From positions 88,803 through 152,802 of the forward strand of contig JBBRLQ010000019.1 in NCBI GenBank assembly GCA_038231275.1: DNA of 64,000 nucleotides. The letters run 5' to 3'. The notes below the pieces were generated by a model. The model ran no database searches and was not told where the DNA came from. It saw nothing but the letters and a program-made list of their open reading frames with translations. The stretch is from Polyangiales bacterium (GTDB lineage Bacteria > Myxococcota_A > Polyangia > Polyangiales > Polyangiaceae). Made by a program: the position numbers and the translations under genes. Each line of letters starts with the position of its first letter. Within the stretch, counting starts at the first letter, position 1. Shown in pieces: positions 58,892 through 64,000 of the stretch.

Positions 58892-59780
58892 AAGCGCGCT
58901 TCGCTTCCAGAATTTCGCGGACGCGGACGGGGGCGAGATCGCGGGCGCGGGCGCGGAGGCGCTCGAGGAGGGCGGCGCGGTTGGGGGGTGAATTCGGCCC
59001 GCCGCCTCCGTCGTTGGTGGGCGGCGCGGTCGTCATGAGCGCGGACGGAACGACCGTGGCGGGAGCGGGTGTTGCCGTCGGAAAGCGCGACGGAGGCGCG
59101 GAGCGGCGAGACGCGACGGCGGGGGGCGGCTCGCTGATGACATGCACGCCGCGAACGTCGCCGATCGAAAGCGGCGCGCCGAGGTTGGTCGGCGGGGCGA
59201 TGTCGGCGGCCTCGTGCTCGAGGCGCTGGCTGCGCATCCGATCGAGCTCGTCGCGATCGAACGCGGTCGTCTTGCTTGGGGCCTCGTCCTGGAAGGCGCC
59301 GCGCGGCGTGGTGCTCGGCGGAAGAGAGGGCGGCCGCGCCGTCGGTGGCGCTGGCGACGCGCTCGCCGGCGACTGCATCGACGGCGGTGGTCCCGCGAAC
59401 GTGGCCTCGAGCGGCGCCTCGTTGATCGGCGGCTCCGGTCGCACCACGCCCCGCGCGCGCGCGTCACGGAGCGCGGCGGCGCGATCGATGAGCGCCTTGC
59501 TGCGCGGATCGAGGCGCGTGAAGCGGAGCGTGAGGCCGGGCTCGTCGTTGAACGCCTTCGGCTTGTACCCGACGACGCGCCCCTCGCCGCGGAGGAGCGG
59601 CGCGCCCGACGCGAGCGTCACCTCGAAGCGCAGCACGACGCCCTGCGGCCGCGACTGCGCGCCGAGGAGCACGACGCTCGTTCGCGTGAGCGTGTCGAGC
59701 TCGTGCTCGAGGAACGCCTCCTCGCTCGGGTACGGCCGCGCGATGCGGATCGCGACGGGCTGTCGTCCTTCGTCGGCCAC
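58890..59780 (-). CDS. PilZ-like (TIGR02266-type) domain protein with Pro-rich tail
   Basis: FEVTLASGAPLLRGEGRVV...GLTLRFTRLD resembles myxobacterial PilZ-like domains; GTG start inferred. Confidence 0.65.
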   Translation of the reverse strand: MADEGRQPVAIRIARPYPSEEAFLEHELDTLTRTSVVLLGAQSRPQGVVLRFEVTLASGAPLLRGEGRVVGYKPKAFNDEPGLTLRFTRLDPRSKALIDRAAALRDARARGVVRPEPPINEAPLEATFAGPPPSMQSPASASPAPPTARPPSLPPSTTPRGAFQDEAPSKTTAFDRDELDRMRSQRLEHEAADIAPPTNLGAPLSIGDVRGVHVISEPPPAVASRRSAPPSRFPTATPAPATVVPSALMTTAPPTNDGGGGPNSPPNRAALLERLRARARDLAPVRVREILEAKRA

Positions 59781-59839
59781 GATGGAAGCGTACCAGCGCC
59801 GGTGGAGGCGGGGGAACAGCCATGGTACCGAGAGGCGCC

Positions 59840-61108
59840 ATGGCCGGACGAAAGGCGGTTGTCGTAGGAGGTGGGGCACGGGAGCACGCCCTCGCGGCCG
59901 CCCTCGCGCGCGCAGGCGCCGTGGTCGTCGTCGCCCCGGGAAATGCAGGGACCGCGGGCCCGTTTCGCAACGCCGCCGTGAAGGCCGACGACATCGCAGG
60001 CCTCGTCGCGCTCGCCAACGAAGAGGCCGCCGATCTCGTCGTCGTGGGCCCCGAGCTGCCGCTGACCCTCGGCCTCGTCGACGCGCTCGTCGCCGTCGGG
60101 ATCGCCGCGTTCGGACCGTCGAAGGCGGCCGCGCAGCTCGAAGGCTCGAAGGCGTTCATGAAGCGCTTCCTCGCGCGTCAGCGAATCGCGACCGCCGCGT
60201 TCGAAATTTTCGACGACGCGGATCGCGCCGAGGCATTCGTGAAGGCTGCCGCGCGGCCGCTCGTGGTGAAGGCGGACGGACTGTGCGCGGGGAAGGGGGT
60301 CGTCGTCGCGTCGTCGACGCAAGAAGCGCTCGCGGCGGTCCGAACGATGATGCGTGACCGCGCGTTCGGCGACGCGGGGGCAACGGTCGTGATCGAAGAG
60401 CTGCTCCCCGGCGAAGAGGCGAGCTTCCACGCGGTCTCCGACGGCACGCGCGCCGTCGCGCTCGTCGCGGCGCAGGATCACAAGCGCGTGCTGGACGGCG
60501 ACCGCGGCCCAAACACCGGCGGAATGGGCGCCTATGCGCCGGCGCCCATCGTCAGCCCGTCGCTCCAAGCGCGCGTGATGCGCGAGGTCGTGGAGCCGAC
60601 GCTGCGCGGGATGGCGGCGGAGGGCACACCATTCAAGGGCGCCCTCTTCGTCGGCCTGATGATCGATCGCGGCGAGCCGCGCGTGCTCGAGTTCAACGTT
60701 CGCTTCGGCGATCCGGAGACGAGCGTGCTCGTGCCGATGATGGACACCGATTGGTTCGCGCTGCTCCACGGCGCCGCGCGCGGCGACCTTTCGGGCGTCC
60801 CGGTCGCCGTCAAAGCGGGCGCGGCACTCGGCGTGGTGATGGCGGCGCACGGATATCCGGCCACGCCGCGCAGCGGCGACGTGATTCGCGGGCTCGATGC
60901 GAAGGGCGACCCCGGCGTGTTCGTGCTCCACGCGGGCACGAAGGCGACGCCGGAGGGGATCGTGACCGCAGGCGGTCGTGTCCTTGTCGTCGGCGCGCAA
61001 GCTTCGAGCTTGGCGCTCGCGCGGGAGCAGGCCTACCGGGCCGTCGACGGAATTCGGTGGGACGGCGAGCACCATCGCTCGGACATCGGGCATCGCGGAC
61101 TCGGCTGA
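59840..61108 (+). CDS. purD: phosphoribosylamine-glycine ligase
   Basis: GGGAREHAL, VVGPE, LEGSK, KADGLCAGKGV, GPNTGGMG, EFNVRFGDPE. Confidence 0.97.
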   Translation: MAGRKAVVVGGGAREHALAAALARAGAVVVVAPGNAGTAGPFRNAAVKADDIAGLVALANEEAADLVVVGPELPLTLGLVDALVAVGIAAFGPSKAAAQLEGSKAFMKRFLARQRIATAAFEIFDDADRAEAFVKAAARPLVVKADGLCAGKGVVVASSTQEALAAVRTMMRDRAFGDAGATVVIEELLPGEEASFHAVSDGTRAVALVAAQDHKRVLDGDRGPNTGGMGAYAPAPIVSPSLQARVMREVVEPTLRGMAAEGTPFKGALFVGLMIDRGEPRVLEFNVRFGDPETSVLVPMMDTDWFALLHGAARGDLSGVPVAVKAGAALGVVMAAHGYPATPRSGDVIRGLDAKGDPGVFVLHAGTKATPEGIVTAGGRVLVVGAQASSLALAREQAYRAVDGIRWDGEHHRSDIGHRGLG

Positions 61109-61163
61109 CTCCCGACCCCGACCCCGATTCCGACTCCGACTCCGACTCCGACTCCGAGTCAGC
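61104..61163. repeat. intergenic (GACTCC)n hexamer array bracketed by an 8-bp inverted repeat
   Basis: About 8 hexamers at 61107-61155; gctgactc (61104-11) pairs with gagtcagc (61156-63). Confidence 0.8.
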
Positions 61164-61175
61164 TAGGCTTGCCCC

Positions 61176-61400
61176 ATGGCCGACCAAAACGATCTCGTCA
61201 CGATCGCAACGTTCACGAGCACGGTGGACGCCGAGCTGGCCAAGAGCCGCCTCGAGAGCGAAGGAATCGCTGCGATGCTAGGCAACGAGCTCGCGTCCGG
61301 GATGATGCCGTTTCTAGGCGCCGGCCTCGGCGGCGTCTCGCTCCAGGTCGCTCAGCACGACGCCGAGCGCGCGAGGGAGATCCTGGGCGACGCGACGTAG
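61176..61400 (+). CDS. DUF2007-like small protein
   Basis: LVTIATF..DAELAKSRLESEGI...GGVSLQV..DAERAREIL. Confidence 0.8.
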   Translation: MADQNDLVTIATFTSTVDAELAKSRLESEGIAAMLGNELASGMMPFLGAGLGGVSLQVAQHDAERAREILGDAT

Positions 61401-61472
61401 GCGGCCGGCGGTCGTCACGCGGATCGCGCGCGGCGGCCAGCGCTTGACGTCAGATGCGCGACTCGCGTCTCT

Positions 61473-61650
61473 TCAGCCCGCGCTCAATTGCTTTCGCAAC
61501 CAGACCGCGACCTCCTTGGCGAAGGCCTCGAGATCGCCGAGACCACGCGAAGCTGCTGCGAAGACGGCTTCGATGTCGATGCGCGCGTAGCCGTGCGCGA
61601 CCACGTTTCGCAGGCCCGCGGCCTTGCCCATGGCGTCCGCCGTCGCGACG
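61473..61650 (-). pseudogene. HepT-like (DUF86/HEPN) ribonuclease toxin remnant, C-terminal part only
   Basis: Manual translation ...ADAMGKAAGLRNVVAHGYARIDIEAVF...LGDLEAF* contains the HEPN RX4HXY motif; N-terminal two-thirds missing. Confidence 0.7.
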
Positions 61651-61830
61651 CAGCCCTTCTTTTGGGGACAGCGCGTGGACCTCCGCGGCGTGAACCCGCG
61701 CGAGCGCCGACCCCGCTCCCGCCGTTTGGGCGTACCAAGCCTTGGCGAAGGGCGGAAGCCTCACCCGGGGAAGTCTAGCACCGATGACCCTTGACGCCTG
61801 GCACGCGACTCACGACTCTGCCGCTTCGCC

Positions 61831-63168
61831 ATGGCCGAAATCGCACCGCTCACGCCGCTTCGATACGATCTCTCCCGGCTGCCCAAAGGCCTCGCCAGCG
61901 TCGTCGCGCCGCCCTACGACGTCATCGACGCAGCCCAGCGTGCCGCGCTCGCGGCACGAGACCCGCACAACGTCGTGAAGCTGATCCTGCCGGAAGGCGA
62001 AGGGGACGCGAAGTACGCGAACGCGGCGACGCTCTTCGAGGGATGGCTGCGCGAGAAGGTGCTCCTGAGGGACGATGCGCCGGGGTTCTATCGCTACGAG
62101 CAGTCGTTCGTTCCGCCGAGTGGGCAGAGCTCGCGCGCGCGCCTCACGCGGCGCGGGTTCCTCGGGCTCGTGCGGCTCGTGCCGTTCTCGGAGAAGATCG
62201 TCCTCCCGCACGAGCGCACGCTGAGCGGCCCGAAGGAGGATCGCCTCAAGCTCTTCCGCGCGACGAAGACGAACCTGAGCCCCGGCTTCATGCTCTACCG
62301 GGATCCGAAGAAGACGCTCGACGCCGCCCTCGATCGCGCGACGATGCTCGCCGAGCTCGACACCGGCGACGGCGTGCACCACGCGCTCGCGAAGATCGGC
62401 GACAAGGAAGCCATCGAGGCGATCGTGAAGGGCGTCGCGGCGTCGCAGCTGCTCATCGCCGACGGCCACCACCGCTACGAGACGGCGCTCCGCTACTCCG
62501 AGGAGCAGACCGCGGCGGCCGGTCCGAAAGCGCACGCCCGCGGTCGGCATCGGTACTTCATGGTGTTCTTCGCCAACGGGGACGATCCGAACCTCGTCGT
62601 CTTCCCGACGCATCGCCACGTGCATTCCCTGCCCACCTGGGGAGCCACGTCGTTCGACGAGCTCGCCGCGCGCGCGAAGGTCATCTTCGACGTGCAGGCG
62701 AAGGACGGCGGATCGAGCTCCGACGCGCTCCTCGCATGGCTCCATGAGGCCCCTACGCGTCCGGCGTTCGTGGTCGCGGCACCCGACGGCCGCGCTGTGC
62801 GCTTGAGCCTGAAGAGCGGAGTGGATCTCACGGCGCACGCCACCGTCGGCAAGCTCCACCCGACGCTCCAGCGGACCGACGTCGGCCTCCTTCACGCCGG
62901 CGTGCTCGAGCACATTCTCGGCATCACCCCCGAGGCGCAGGCCGCGAAGACCAACCTCTGGTACCCGCAGGACGCACGCGCCGCGCTCGCCGATCTCCGC
63001 GCGGGCAAAGGGCAGCTCCTCGCGCTCATGAATGCGACACCCGTGGCCGATGTGCGCACGGTCGCCGAGGCCGGCGAGGTGATGCCGCAGAAGAGCACCT
63101 TCTTCTATCCGAAGGTCCTCACCGGCCTCGCGATTCACACGCTCGAGGTCGACGTCCCCGTCGGCTGA
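61831..63168 (+). CDS. DUF1015 family protein
   Basis: APPYDVI, PHERT, IADGHHRYETA, PTHR, MPQKSTFFYPK. Confidence 0.92.
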   Translation: MAEIAPLTPLRYDLSRLPKGLASVVAPPYDVIDAAQRAALAARDPHNVVKLILPEGEGDAKYANAATLFEGWLREKVLLRDDAPGFYRYEQSFVPPSGQSSRARLTRRGFLGLVRLVPFSEKIVLPHERTLSGPKEDRLKLFRATKTNLSPGFMLYRDPKKTLDAALDRATMLAELDTGDGVHHALAKIGDKEAIEAIVKGVAASQLLIADGHHRYETALRYSEEQTAAAGPKAHARGRHRYFMVFFANGDDPNLVVFPTHRHVHSLPTWGATSFDELAARAKVIFDVQAKDGGSSSDALLAWLHEAPTRPAFVVAAPDGRAVRLSLKSGVDLTAHATVGKLHPTLQRTDVGLLHAGVLEHILGITPEAQAAKTNLWYPQDARAALADLRAGKGQLLALMNATPVADVRTVAEAGEVMPQKSTFFYPKVLTGLAIHTLEVDVPVG

Positions 63169-63290
63169 CCCGCGCGCCTCTCGCGCTTTTTGGCTAGCGG
63201 GAGCCGTTAACGCCGTGTATCGCAGAAGATAGACGCACCCATCCTCATTCCCCACGAGAGGGGAGTGATCACCTTTTCGAGGTCGATCCG

Positions 63291-63878
63291 ATGTCCGACA
63301 AAAAGGTCCCCGCTCCGCCGAAGGCTGGCGCACCCGAAGAAGAGACCGTTCAGTTCGGCGACGAGCTCCCCGTGTTGCCGATCCGCAACGCGGTGCTCTT
63401 CCCAGGTGCCGTCGCGCCGTTCGACGTCGGCCGCGAGAAGTCCGTCGCGCTCGTCGAGGACGTGGACAACCTGACTTCGCCCGTCATCGCCATCTTCGCG
63501 CAGAAGGATCCGTCCACCGATGACCCCGGCGCCGACGATCTCCACGCCGTCGGTTGCGCCGCGCGCGTCCTCAAGGCGCTGAAGCACTCGAGCGGCAACT
63601 ACTCGCTCATCCTCCAAGGCCTCACGCGCATTCGGCTCGAGGACGTTACGCAAGCCGCGCCGTACCTCAAGGCGAAGGTGAAGCGCCTCGAAGAGACCGG
63701 GCTCGACGACGACGAAGCCGAGGCGCTCTCGATGAGCCTGCGCGACATCGCGAAGCAGGTCATCCAGCTCATGCCGGAGCTTCCGCGCGAAGCGGGCTCG
63801 CTCATCGACTCGATCCAGGCGCCCGGCGCGCTGGCCGACCTCGTCGCCGCCAACCTCGACCAAAGGTATCGGTGCTGA
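63291..63878 (+). pseudogene. lon: ATP-dependent Lon protease, N-terminal domain only; interrupted at about 63860
   Basis: LPVLPIRNAVLFPG..VGREKS...LADLVAANLD then unrelated QRYRC*; AAA+ and protease domains absent. Confidence 0.8.
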
Positions 63879-64000
63879 CGACACCAACGGAGTTGCAACG
63901 ACGGGATGCTCGACGTGGGTTGGTGAGACCAGCGGCACGTAAAGACTTGAACCTCCGCCACCGCTAAAGGCGTAGACGCCTCCGCTCACAACCGCCAGTA

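Noticed and set aside
63291..63878. Intact stand-alone LON-N domain protein
   Set aside because: The sequence stops mid-domain exactly where base composition changes, so truncation is more likely

Overview
GC-rich (about 70% by eye), gene-dense chromosomal segment of a myxobacterium. A Polyangiaceae/Labilithrix-like origin is inferred from the Ser/Thr kinase-TPR/PEGA pairs, a MYXO-CTERM-like protein and the T2SS gene order. From left to right: partial ECF sigma factor, hydrolase lipoprotein, REP-like inverted repeat, HlyD-ABC exporter operon with TetR, Ser/Thr kinase and a degenerate TPR/PEGA gene, tRNA-Met, large S8 peptidase, REC-XRE regulator, tRNA-Pro, TfoX, M28 peptidase, a GpsA-like dehydrogenase facing a complete galactitol-family PTS operon (EIIA, EIIC, HPr-EI fusion, EIIB), bioA, a histidine kinase, a sigma54 activator followed by a sigma54 promoter and a type II secretion operon (gspC-N plus a BtpA/SgcQ gene), and a second kinase-PEGA pair. 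Then come an uncharacterised three-gene envelope operon (about 990-aa Cys-rich lipoprotein, about 1170-aa metzincin lipoprotein, predicted outer-membrane beta-barrel), purD, a HepT toxin remnant, DUF1015, and a lon gene broken at about 63860 by lower-GC sequence. The envelope operon is the best candidate for an undescribed system. No CRISPR array, integrase or transposase was seen. All calls come from reading motifs by eye; no searches were run.
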